From contig OY761611.1 of assembly GCA_963664875.1 (NCBI GenBank), positions 2,688,001 through 2,752,000 of the forward strand: a stretch of DNA of 64,000 nucleotides. Direction: 5' to 3'. This stretch comes from Candidatus Kapaibacterium sp. (lineage in GTDB: Bacteria > Bacteroidota > Ignavibacteria > Kapaibacteriales > UBA2268). The notes beneath the pieces are model-generated. The model did not search any database. It had not been told where the DNA came from and saw nothing but the letters and a program-made list of their open reading frames with translations. Positions 20,464 to 29,703 of this stretch are shown one piece after another; position 1 is the first letter of the stretch, and each line of letters starts with the position of its first letter. The translations under genes and the position numbers were made by a program.

Positions 20464-21528
20464 ATGGATAGCTTAGAAGCAAAATTGAATTTTGATTTTG
20501 AAACCAATCACAAGATTTTGAACAGAATTGCATATATAGATGCTTTCAAAAGCTCTTCTTCTAATTCGGAAAAACTCGGTTCTGCGTTCTACAAATCCAG
20601 AAAAAGGCTAATCGTACCTGATAAAGTATATGCTCTAATAAAAATGGATGTAGGCAATATTGGAGAAGATAAAGTCATTGCTATCCTCACCAAAAAAGAA
20701 GTAGCTGTTTCTGATAAAGAAAATATGGTAATTGCTTTTAGGCAAGCTCTTAGTATTATTGAAAAAAATTATTCGCAAATCAAAATTGCTCCAAATTATC
20801 TCAAAGGTTTACATCAAAGAATACTCAGAGACAGGCAGTCTGAGCTTAACACAAGAGGTAAATACAAATCATCTGCCAATATGTTTATTTCCTTAGACGA
20901 TGCCGGCAATAAAACTATCCTTGCTGATACTGCCGCTCCTGAATTAGTTGAATCCAGAATTGCAGAGCTAATCGAGATGATTAATCTGCATTGTTTAACT
21001 AAAAAGTACCATCCACTCATTTTGACAGCACTTTTTTATTATGAGATTATTTCTATTCATCCATTCCAATCTGCAAACAGCGTGTTTGCTAAACTTATGT
21101 TGAATTTGTTGTTGCTGCAAAATGGATATAACTTTGTTATGTTTACCGCGTTTGAGGCCAGCTTTTTAAGTAAAAAAGAGGACTACTATTCAGCCTTGCT
21201 CTCAGGGTTGAAGATGCGGGGAGAGAGAAGTGAAAATATTGGTCAGTGGCTTCTTTTTATGCTTGATTGTATTATTGCTGAAATCGATATGCTTGCTGCT
21301 GCCAAAAAAGAGTATGATAAAAAAGGAGTTTATCTCAATAAAAGACAAAAAAGAGTAATTGATTTTATCCAAAGCAATCAGCCTATAAAACTTGCCGACT
21401 TATCGGATAAGTTCAAAAAAATATCTATCAATACTCTCAAAAAGGATTTGGCGTACCTCAAAAACGAAAATGTGGTTGCCTCACAAGGTAAAAACAAAGG
21501 CACTGTTTACTACATCAGCAAAGATTAG
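20464..21528 (+). CDS. Fic family protein with C-terminal winged HTH, non-canonical Fic motif
   Basis: LHQ.IL...G.YK, HPL..TA.F.YE..SIHPFQSANS; C-terminal NTLKKDLAYL...G.NKGT.Y HTH. Confidence 0.85.
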   Translation: MDSLEAKLNFDFETNHKILNRIAYIDAFKSSSSNSEKLGSAFYKSRKRLIVPDKVYALIKMDVGNIGEDKVIAILTKKEVAVSDKENMVIAFRQALSIIEKNYSQIKIAPNYLKGLHQRILRDRQSELNTRGKYKSSANMFISLDDAGNKTILADTAAPELVESRIAELIEMINLHCLTKKYHPLILTALFYYEIISIHPFQSANSVFAKLMLNLLLLQNGYNFVMFTAFEASFLSKKEDYYSALLSGLKMRGERSENIGQWLLFMLDCIIAEIDMLAAAKKEYDKKGVYLNKRQKRVIDFIQSNQPIKLADLSDKFKKISINTLKKDLAYLKNENVVASQGKNKGTVYYISKD

Positions 21529-21560
21529 TAGAGTTCAAAAGAAACTATCTATAGATTATA

Positions 21561-22832
21561 TTACAAAATAATTTTGTGATAGTATGTACTCTTTGAAGTT
21601 CTGACTGTAATAAATACAAGCCCACTCAGCTCATCAGGTATTTGGATTTCAAAATTGTTATCGGAATTGACAGAAGTAATAATCTGTCCCAATGAATTAT
21701 AAAAGCAAATTTCTGCCGACTCATTTATATCCCTGCAAATTAGTTTGTTGTCTGAAACATAAAATTGTAGGGTAGAGCATGACCTGTCATTCACCGAGCT
21801 TTGTTGCATGACAGCTTGAAGTTGATCCCAGATGCTGTTTACTAAAGAAATGGAAACTGCTGCCTTATCATTAGACTCTCCCATTCTTACAACAACTAAA
21901 TCTAAACTTGGGATAATTAAAAGTATCTGACCGTTTTTGCCAAGAGCTGCAAATGCGTCTTTAGGAACCTTTTGGAACAAATGCGATTTGAAAACAAGGC
22001 TGCTACCGGGGAGCATACATTCACCTTTCCCGTTTAACCACCAAAGATAGCCGTAAGATTTATTATTCGGCTGGGATGTACTAATCATGCTCTCAATATA
22101 ATTTGCATCTTGCATAATCAAATTGCCGTCCCATTCGCCTCTATTGATAATCAGAGAGCCAAATCGTGCAAATGCTCTTGGTTTGCTGAAAAATACAATA
22201 TTATCTCCTGAAGGAAGGAATGCTCCTTCTATCCCCGTAAACTTACTAAGCGAATTATATAGAAAGATGTTGACTTTTTTTTCTGACGCAGCTTCGAGTA
22301 CCTGATGCAAAAGCGTATATGGGGCGTTATGGTAGTACCATTCCGAACCGGCATCTGCTTTATAAGTCAGACATTCAGGTAAAGTGCAGTCTAAATTACC
22401 TGTTACTTCAAATCCGCAACTCATGCTTAGTTGGTGCTTGATTGTTATCAAGTCTTCTTTAGCTATTGGCAGGCTTGTCCAATTTTTCCCTAAATAGTCT
22501 GATGTTTTATTATTTATATCAAGCAGCTTATTTTCCTGCGCCAAGCCTACCAAGAATGAAGTAAGCGATTTGCCGGCAGATGCCCAGTACCAAATACTGT
22601 CGGAAGTAAATCCATCGAAGTATTCTTCTATAGCAATTTTACCTGATTTAAGCACTATAAATGCTTTAGTATTCCATGAATGCAAACTGTCTTTAAGTAT
22701 CGGGAGATTACTTTCTGACCAGCCTAACTCATTAAACTCAACATTTTCCCATTCTTCTGTTCCATTCGGAGGGAAATAGTAGTCCGCAGAGACAGTGTCA
22801 AAAAACAGCAAGAACACTATAATTAGTTTCAT
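21561..22832 (-). CDS. Serine hydrolase (beta-lactamase class C-like) with T9SS C-terminal domain
   Basis: SAGK (SxxK), YHN (YxN), YGYLWW, ALGKNGQ; CTD-like YNSLGQ...SGLVFI...KII. Confidence 0.85.
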   Translation of the reverse strand: MKLIIVFLLFFDTVSADYYFPPNGTEEWENVEFNELGWSESNLPILKDSLHSWNTKAFIVLKSGKIAIEEYFDGFTSDSIWYWASAGKSLTSFLVGLAQENKLLDINNKTSDYLGKNWTSLPIAKEDLITIKHQLSMSCGFEVTGNLDCTLPECLTYKADAGSEWYYHNAPYTLLHQVLEAASEKKVNIFLYNSLSKFTGIEGAFLPSGDNIVFFSKPRAFARFGSLIINRGEWDGNLIMQDANYIESMISTSQPNNKSYGYLWWLNGKGECMLPGSSLVFKSHLFQKVPKDAFAALGKNGQILLIIPSLDLVVVRMGESNDKAAVSISLVNSIWDQLQAVMQQSSVNDRSCSTLQFYVSDNKLICRDINESAEICFYNSLGQIITSVNSDNNFEIQIPDELSGLVFITVRTSKSTYYHKIIL

Positions 22833-22947
22833 CAGTTCACTCTCTCTTATTGGCATATAATGTAATGACGCTTTATGTTGGATATATTGAACACAGAAAA
22901 AGTTGGACTTGGCATAATTTTTATACAGTAGAAAGTGGAGGAATAAA

Positions 22948-24036
22948 ATGGCTGAGAATAAGGACGGTCAAGAGAAGACGGAACAGGCGACGGCCAAGCG
23001 TCTAACGGACGCTCGCGAAAAAGGCCAGGTCGCCAAAAGTCAAGACGTAACAACCGCCGGCGTGCTGCTGGTGGGCACTCTTGTTGTATTCCTTTTTGGC
23101 CCTTCGATAGCTCAATCAATTCGTGGTTTTATGACAACTGTACTCCATAACTCCGCCTATTATGAAATAAGCGACAGCAATGTAGTCTTTTATTTTAATG
23201 CTTTGATGGGCTTTTTTGTCAAGATATTGCTTCCATTGTTATTGGTGGTTTTCGCAATCACTTTTGTGGGTGAAGTCAGCCAGATAGGTATAAAAATAGC
23301 CACCAAAAAATTTACAGAAGGCTTGCAGTTCAAACAAATATTCAATCCGTTTTCCGGAATAAAAAAAATATTCTTTTCTTCACGCTCTCTATTCGAACTC
23401 GGTAAAAGTTTAGCCAAAATCTTTATTCTTGGTTTGGTAGTGTATTCAGTTCTTAATGGAAAAGATGAGGACATTGTTGCTTTGCTTGAAAAGCCATTTA
23501 CAGAAATGTCAAATTTTATGTTTTCTCTTAGTTTCGAGCTTGCAATCAAAGTTGGTGTAGTTTATATCATAATAGCTGTTTCTGATTTTTACTATCAGAA
23601 ATGGCGATTTGCAGAAGATATGAAAATGACTAAAAAGGAAGTTAAAGAAGAGTCAAAACAAACAGAAGGTGATCCTCAGATTAAAGCTCGCTTGCGTGGA
23701 CTGATGCGTCAAAGGATGAGAAAAATGATGCTAAGAAAAGTGCAGGATGCTGACGTAGTTATCACCAACCCAACTCACTTCGCAGTGGCACTTCAATATA
23801 AACAGGGACAAATTGGGGCTCCTGTGCTTATAGCAAAAGGAGCTGATTTTCTTGCAAAACAAATCAGAGAGATAGCCGAAAAGGCAGATGTAGTCATAGT
23901 TGAAGATCCGCCTTTATGTCGTATGATTTACCACAATGTCGAACTGGATGCAGAAATACCAGAGGAGCTATTCAAAGCGGTGGCACAGGTGCTTGCTTAC
24001 GTCTATCATTTCAAAGAGCAGAGAAAGAAAAATTAG
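22948..24036 (+). CDS. flhB: Flagellar export switch protein FlhB
   Basis: EKTEQAT.KRL.DAREKGQV.KS, TM region, MKMTK.EVKEE.KQ.EGDPQIK, autocleavage NPTH, AVAQVLAYVY; GGAGG SD. Confidence 0.95.
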   Translation: MAENKDGQEKTEQATAKRLTDAREKGQVAKSQDVTTAGVLLVGTLVVFLFGPSIAQSIRGFMTTVLHNSAYYEISDSNVVFYFNALMGFFVKILLPLLLVVFAITFVGEVSQIGIKIATKKFTEGLQFKQIFNPFSGIKKIFFSSRSLFELGKSLAKIFILGLVVYSVLNGKDEDIVALLEKPFTEMSNFMFSLSFELAIKVGVVYIIIAVSDFYYQKWRFAEDMKMTKKEVKEESKQTEGDPQIKARLRGLMRQRMRKMMLRKVQDADVVITNPTHFAVALQYKQGQIGAPVLIAKGADFLAKQIREIAEKADVVIVEDPPLCRMIYHNVELDAEIPEELFKAVAQVLAYVYHFKEQRKKN

Positions 24037-24079
24037 ACTTTATTATGCTCAGTGATTAGAAACACTCTCTCAAAGATTC

Positions 24080-24490
24080 CTATACCTCTGAAAGGATACT
24101 TTCATTACGAATATAATCCAATTCTCGGAGAATCTTTTTCTCAGTCTCGTTCAAGATGTTTTCTCTGATAGTCGCTGTATTATAGTTTGAAATTATATGA
24201 TAATATGGCGAACCCAAATCGGAGTTTAGGCTAATAACCGTACTTTCCAAATCGAACTTCTTAGGAATCAAACTACCGTTGTATATCAATTTGTTGTTTT
24301 CGATAGTCAACTTCGGAATTTTTAAAAGATTTTTGAGAATGCAAGCTAAAACAAAAGCTGTATTGATTAGGACTCCAAGAAGAATTATACCAAGCAGGAA
24401 ACCAAAATCGCTTGAAACTAATAATGCGATTGCAAGTATTAGTATCAAATTTGTCAGAATATTTATCTTGGAGCAGTTCTTCATTTTCAT
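24080..24490 (-). CDS. Hypothetical membrane protein (2 TM)
   Basis: Two hydrophobic helices then a small soluble domain; start uncertain. Confidence 0.55.
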   Translation of the reverse strand: MKMKNCSKINILTNLILILAIALLVSSDFGFLLGIILLGVLINTAFVLACILKNLLKIPKLTIENNKLIYNGSLIPKKFDLESTVISLNSDLGSPYYHIISNYNTATIRENILNETEKKILRELDYIRNESILSEV

Positions 24491-24564
24491 GGAGTGGTGA
24501 TTTATTACAGTATTGTATTTGTAAAATAAGAAAAATAAATCACAGAGAAAAATATTATTAGGAA

Positions 24565-25185
24565 TTAAGGGCAAAACTTTTCCACAGTTTTTCTTATCAA
24601 TTCTGTGGAAAATCCTTTAGAATTCAAGTAGTTATAAAGTGAAGCTTTTTGTTTGTCTCGGGGTTTGTTGCTGATTAAGTTCATTTTTTTGGTTGCTGCT
24701 TTCTCAGCGAACTCTTCTTCGTATTCATAAGGATAAGCTGCTTTGAGAGCTTCGTCGCAAACATAAGAAGAGACTCCGAAACTTTTAAGCATAGCACGTA
24801 TTTTTAGAGGGCCGTTCTCCTTTTTTAAAAGTGAATCTTTGATATAGGCGATTGCAAATTTGTTATCGTCAATTAGCGAAAACTCAAACAGGAAATCTAA
24901 ACAGGAGGTAACAAGTTCAGGAGGATAATTTTCTTCTAATTTACGACGGATTTGCCATTCAGACCTCAATCGGTAGCTTGAATAGTTGTATGCGTCTTGT
25001 TTTGCAGCTATGAACAAATGTTTTGCTCTCAAGTCATCTAACTCGGGTATCGAAATATCCATCCCTTTTTTCAAATTTGCCGCTGTAACAATATCCATAT
25101 CTAATTCTATGTAGTCGGAGGTGTCAAAAGTTACGACACAAACTCTTTTAGTTTTTTTATATTTTATAGATTCAATTATTGGCAT
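24565..25185 (-). CDS. recX: Regulatory protein RecX
   Basis: YRLRSEWQIRRKL, LIDD.KFA..Y, GPLKIR..L...GV, YL.SKGFS; ATG at 25185. Confidence 0.85.
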   Translation of the reverse strand: MPIIESIKYKKTKRVCVVTFDTSDYIELDMDIVTAANLKKGMDISIPELDDLRAKHLFIAAKQDAYNYSSYRLRSEWQIRRKLEENYPPELVTSCLDFLFEFSLIDDNKFAIAYIKDSLLKKENGPLKIRAMLKSFGVSSYVCDEALKAAYPYEYEEEFAEKAATKKMNLISNKPRDKQKASLYNYLNSKGFSTELIRKTVEKFCP

Positions 25186-25381
25186 GTAACAGGTGTCTTG
25201 TTTAAATGAAAAATAAAAATGATTTGTAAAACTGCAAATCGGATAAATGCAAATATAAGAAATATCGGACTTTCTATATAGTTCGTCCAGCATTAGTCCC
25301 AAGCTATCTGAATAGCTCAACTCAAATTAGTATGATGAGGAATAATTTTATATATTGTAGTGAAAATATGGGAGAACATAG

Positions 25382-25669
25382 ATGAAGAAAATACTTTTTG
25401 CCTTAGTGCTTTGTTTGACTTTGTATTCATGCGACGAAACACCGGATATAGATAAAGAGCATTTTATTAACGCTTACCGTGAAATATTGCTTGCTCGCGA
25501 ATCAATTGCTGATTCTGTAGCTGCCAATAAAGAAGTGCAAATGATCCTTACCAAATATGATTATACTATGGAGACATTTGCTAAAGAGTATCAGGATTTA
25601 ATGTCAGGAGATAGCCAGATTTATGGGATTATTGATTCTTTAAGAAAAGAATTTAGAGCAAAATATTGA
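25382..25669 (+). CDS. Small lipoprotein (DUF4296-like)
   Basis: Lipobox LYSC after hydrophobic stretch; short helical body. Confidence 0.7.
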   Translation: MKKILFALVLCLTLYSCDETPDIDKEHFINAYREILLARESIADSVAANKEVQMILTKYDYTMETFAKEYQDLMSGDSQIYGIIDSLRKEFRAKY

Positions 25670-25864
25670 TGGTTTCTGCTGCTCAATGAATGAGATATAA
25701 AAATCAGATAAAACAATGAAAGTCTATGTTTTTTAAATCTTAGATTTTAACATAAAATATATCTCTTACTATCGAGTTATATATTAGATATAATCAATTC
25801 TTTTTTTTAGCTTGTAAAGCATTGAGCATCTTTTATGACTAACCTGATATGGAGGGCTTCGCAA

Positions 25865-26998
25865 ATGGATAAGTCAAACTTTTCAGCGCTTGTAGGAAGG
25901 TCTGCACCTGAGGAACTTCAAAAACACATAGGATATTTTAACTCCGGCTCAGTTTATCAAGAGCTTTTTGACAGGATTCCCGAACTGATTCTGATATTAA
26001 ATAAATACAGAGAATCAGTATTTATAAATAAAAAAACAAAAGAGCTACTTCAGGTAGATAATCCTCTTGATATTTATGGTAAGAGGCCCGGAGAGATATT
26101 CGGATGCTTGCATGCAGAGGATGTTGACAGTGGTTGCGGAGATGCACTTGCCTGCAAATACTGCGGAGCAGTAATCTCAATAAAAGCTGCACAGGGTGGA
26201 GATAATAATGAAAACGAATGCCTGATACTTACAAAAAATAATCTGGATGCTTATGAGATGCGAGTGTCTTCTTCTGCTTTAGAGCTAAATGATGAATCAT
26301 TTGTGGTATTTACACTTGCTGATATAAGTGATACAAAAAGAAAACAGCTACTTGAAAGAATATTTTTCCACGATTTGATGAATACAGCCACCGGAATCTC
26401 TACACTTTCTCATCTGCTTAATATAAAGTTGCCTGATGAATACTCCAAATATAAACAGCTCGCAGGCGATTACTCTAATAAACTGATAGATGAAATCAAA
26501 TCACAAAGACAGATAATCGCTGCAGAAAACGGGAATTTGTCTCTAGAAATTGGCGATACCGTGTCTTGTGAAATAATCAGCAATACTGCAAATATGGCTA
26601 TGTTATATAATTTGCAGGACGAACAATTGGAAATTGACAGGGAAATGGAGAAGATTAGCTTCAAAACAGATAGGGCAATACTTGCAAGGGTTCTTACTAA
26701 TCTGATAAAAAATGCATACGAAGCTGAGTACAAAGGTGGCAAAATTACTGTTTCATGTTCCAAAAAAGATGAGAATACAATTTGTTTTAGTGTAAACAAC
26801 CCAAGTGTAATGCCGGAAAGTATTCGTGAGCAAGTCTTCAAACGTTCTTTTTCAACAAAAGGAGCAGGACGAGGACTCGGCACTTACAGCATAAAGCTAC
26901 TTACTGAGAAATATCTAAAAGGCAAAGTCTATTTTGAGAGCAAAGAACCAATAGGAACAACCTTTTATGTCGAATTGCCGGTTGATTTAGGTAGTTGA
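25865..26998 (+). CDS. Cytoplasmic PAS-domain histidine kinase with Cys-rich insert
   Basis: PAS-like N-half with CLHAEDVDSGCGDALACKYC; H-box FFHDLMN; NLIKNAYEA; FSTKGAGRGLGTY. Confidence 0.88.
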   Translation: MDKSNFSALVGRSAPEELQKHIGYFNSGSVYQELFDRIPELILILNKYRESVFINKKTKELLQVDNPLDIYGKRPGEIFGCLHAEDVDSGCGDALACKYCGAVISIKAAQGGDNNENECLILTKNNLDAYEMRVSSSALELNDESFVVFTLADISDTKRKQLLERIFFHDLMNTATGISTLSHLLNIKLPDEYSKYKQLAGDYSNKLIDEIKSQRQIIAAENGNLSLEIGDTVSCEIISNTANMAMLYNLQDEQLEIDREMEKISFKTDRAILARVLTNLIKNAYEAEYKGGKITVSCSKKDENTICFSVNNPSVMPESIREQVFKRSFSTKGAGRGLGTYSIKLLTEKYLKGKVYFESKEPIGTTFYVELPVDLGS

Positions 26999-27222
26999 GT
27001 AGGAAGGAATTATTCCTAGGCTAAATTTGCTCTATATTAGAGCGGATATATAAAAGAAGGATTTCTTGGGAGCAAGTATTTTGGATTGTTCGATAAAATG
27101 TGTGAATAATATTTTTAGAAATAAATATATTTGTTGATAACTAAATTGGGTGTTTCAATTCAAAGAAAAAATACCCAATCATTTTGAAGCAGAAGATTTA
27201 TTTATATTCGATCTTAAATACA

Positions 27223-27903
27223 ATGATTATACAGGCTACTGACTTAAAAAAATCTTACTACAACGGCAAAAATGCTACTGAAGTGATCAAGGGAATAAAC
27301 CTTAATGTGCATCATGGAGAATATCTTGCTTTAGTTGGTCCATCCGGTGCCGGGAAAAGCACTTTGCTTTATTTGATAAGCTCACTCGAAAAAACTGATT
27401 CAGGTAAAATTCTTTTTAATCTTGACTCGTCTTCATTTAATATTATTGATTTGAACAAAGAAAAGATAGCTGAGATTAGAAACAAGTACATCGGGTTTAT
27501 TTTTCAGTTCCATCATCTTATGCCGGAATTTAATGCACTTGAAAATGTTATGATTCCAGGAATGATTGCCGGCACAGCTAAAGCTAAACTTAAAGAAAAA
27601 GCCCTTTATCTGCTGGATAAAGTCGGAGTATCACATAGGCTCGACCATAAGCCCAGCGAGCTTTCGGGAGGCGAACAGCAGCGTGTAGCTATTGCACGCT
27701 CTCTGATTAACAATCCCAAAATCCTATTTGCGGACGAACCGACGGGCAATCTTGATACAAAAAATTCTGAATCTTTTCTCGAACTAATCAGTACTATTAA
27801 AAAAGAATATAATCTGACTGTTGTTACAGCTACTCACTCAAAAGAAATAGCTGCAGCTGCAGACAGAATTGTTACAATTGAAGATGGATACATTAAGGAA
27901 TAA
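27223..27903 (+). CDS. lolD: ABC ATP-binding protein, LolD-like
   Basis: [26 protein letters not shown] LolD motif, [19 protein letters not shown]. Confidence 0.8.
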   Translation: MIIQATDLKKSYYNGKNATEVIKGINLNVHHGEYLALVGPSGAGKSTLLYLISSLEKTDSGKILFNLDSSSFNIIDLNKEKIAEIRNKYIGFIFQFHHLMPEFNALENVMIPGMIAGTAKAKLKEKALYLLDKVGVSHRLDHKPSELSGGEQQRVAIARSLINNPKILFADEPTGNLDTKNSESFLELISTIKKEYNLTVVTATHSKEIAAAADRIVTIEDGYIKE

Positions 27904-27909
27904 AAAATT

Positions 27910-28641
27910 ATGACAAAAGTAGTTTTACTCGGTTATGGTCAAATGGGTAGAGAAATAGATTCTATTGCCAAAGAATTTGACGTAGAGATAGTTGCTAAAC
28001 TTGATTTAGCAGATGATATAAATGATTTGGATAAAATAGATTTTGATGTAGCTATTGATTTTACTATACCTATGGCGGTAGAAGATAACTTTCGAAAAGT
28101 AATTAGTCTTGGTAAAAGCATAGTAATTGGTACTACCGGGTGGTATGATAAATTGGACAGATTTAGAGAACTTGCAGAAAATTCTAACGGATCTTGCCTG
28201 TGGGGCTCAAATTTCTCTATAGGTATGCAGACATTCTACAGACTTATAGCAAACGCAGGCAGTCTGATAGACAAATTAGACGAATACGATGTTTCTGTGC
28301 ATGAAATACATCACAGACGTAAAAAAGACAGTCCAAGTGGCTCAGCTTTGGCTATTGCAAATATACTGCTTGAAAATGTAGATAGAAAAACAAGAATAAA
28401 AGAAGAAACATGCCACGAAGAAATAGATAAAAATTCAATCCATGTCAGCTCTTCAAGGATAGGAGCGATTACAGGCACTCATACTGTCTATATGGATTCG
28501 AAATCTGACACAATAGAGCTGACACACAGAGCTAAAAACAGACGTGGATTAGCTAAAGGAGCACTTGTGGCAGCAAAATGGCTTGCAGGCAAAAAAGGCT
28601 TTTACACTTTTAGTGACGTTTTAGATGAAATAATGGACTAA
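27910..28641 (+). CDS. dapB: 4-hydroxy-tetrahydrodipicolinate reductase
   Basis: GYGQMG, IDFT.P, GTTGW, NFSIG, EIHHRRKKDSPSGSA. Confidence 0.95.
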   Translation: MTKVVLLGYGQMGREIDSIAKEFDVEIVAKLDLADDINDLDKIDFDVAIDFTIPMAVEDNFRKVISLGKSIVIGTTGWYDKLDRFRELAENSNGSCLWGSNFSIGMQTFYRLIANAGSLIDKLDEYDVSVHEIHHRRKKDSPSGSALAIANILLENVDRKTRIKEETCHEEIDKNSIHVSSSRIGAITGTHTVYMDSKSDTIELTHRAKNRRGLAKGALVAAKWLAGKKGFYTFSDVLDEIMD

Positions 28642-28646
28642 TCACC

Positions 28647-29069
28647 ATGAAGTTGCTTGGTATATTATTACTTGCTCTTTTTGCTGTTTCAATATTTGCA
28701 GAAGAAACCCAAGACTCTAACAATGGGCAAATGAGTAAAAAAGACAGTGTAGCAATAATAGATTTTTCTCCCCAAAAGTTAGAGCTTTTTGGGCATGAAG
28801 GACAGTTTTTTGATACAATGATTGTTGTGCATAACTACGGCAACATACCTTTGAAATTGAAAAAAGTGCAGGCGAGTTGCTCATGCTCCTCCGGTACTTT
28901 ACAGCAAGGAACGGTGATGCCCGATAAAACTGGAAAAATATATATATCTATCAACAAACATGGCTTGCACGGTGATGCTCGGCGAGTGGAGTTTGATGTT
29001 TATTCTAATGCGGAAGATCCTATCAGCAGTTTTGAAATAATCTTTTACGATAAAAAAAGCGGCGAATAA
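28647..29069 (+). CDS. DUF1573 Ig-like exported protein
   Basis: Signal peptide; N.GN.PL.L..V.ASC.C motif; YSNA.DP. Confidence 0.75.
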   Translation: MKLLGILLLALFAVSIFAEETQDSNNGQMSKKDSVAIIDFSPQKLELFGHEGQFFDTMIVVHNYGNIPLKLKKVQASCSCSSGTLQQGTVMPDKTGKIYISINKHGLHGDARRVEFDVYSNAEDPISSFEIIFYDKKSGE

Positions 29070-29083
29070 GTCGCTTTTTTTTA
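29051..29083 (+). terminator. Intrinsic terminator insulating the ECF sigma gene from the upstream operon
   Basis: TAAAAAAAGCGGC GAATAA GTCGCTTTTTTTTA. Confidence 0.75.
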
Positions 29084-29091
29084 TACACTTG

Positions 29092-29119
29092 TGTAACATT
29101 TATCTCCAATTATTGTTAT
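29092..29119 (+). promoter_or_regulatory. Putative autoregulated ECF promoter, copy 3 (TGTAAC-N16-TGTTAT), likely leaderless mRNA
   Basis: TGTAAC ATTTATCTCCAATTAT TGTTAT ends 9 nt before the sigma ATG; no SD; AAC (-35) and GTT (-10) are typical ECF cores. Confidence 0.7.
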
Positions 29120-29128
29120 ATATACAAG

Positions 29129-29698
29129 ATGCAAAAAAAAATAGAAGAATATAGTGATACCGAATTATACTATATGCTATGCGATGACAAAAGAACAGCA
29201 GAATTGGCTTTTGCTGAGTTATACGCAAGGCTTTCCGGTAAAGTATATGCCTATTGCTTAAGGTTTTTAGGCGATAAGGAAGAGGCTCGCGATATTTTTC
29301 AGGAAACTTTTGTAAAATTCCATCAAAGTGCCGATAAAGAAAGAGAAATGACTAATGTCCCCGGCTTTTTGATGAGAATTGCGAGAAATTTGTGTATCAA
29401 CGCAATCAGAAAAGACAACCCTGATGTCCCTTATGAGGATTATATGGGAGTTTACGACGAAGAAATTTCGAGAGATAAAAAAGAGTTGCTCGGTCTAATA
29501 AAAAAAGGTCTGCAATTAATGCCCGAAGAGTACCGTGAATATTTTGTGTTAAGGGAATACGACGGCTTTACTTACAACGAAATTGCTGAAATCATGAACA
29601 CTAATGTCGATACTGTAAAAGTAAAGATATTTAGAGCTAAAAAGAAAATGCGTGAGATACTTGCACCCTATTTGAAAGAATTGACAAACTATAGATAA
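29129..29698 (+). CDS. ECF RNA polymerase sigma-70 factor
   Basis: Region 2 AF.ELY...A.DIFQETF..F, IARNLCIN; region 4 LREYDGFTYNEIAEIM...TVKVKIFRA. Confidence 0.95.
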   Translation: MQKKIEEYSDTELYYMLCDDKRTAELAFAELYARLSGKVYAYCLRFLGDKEEARDIFQETFVKFHQSADKEREMTNVPGFLMRIARNLCINAIRKDNPDVPYEDYMGVYDEEISRDKKELLGLIKKGLQLMPEEYREYFVLREYDGFTYNEIAEIMNTNVDTVKVKIFRAKKKMREILAPYLKELTNYR

Positions 29699-29703
29699 CG
29701 ATT

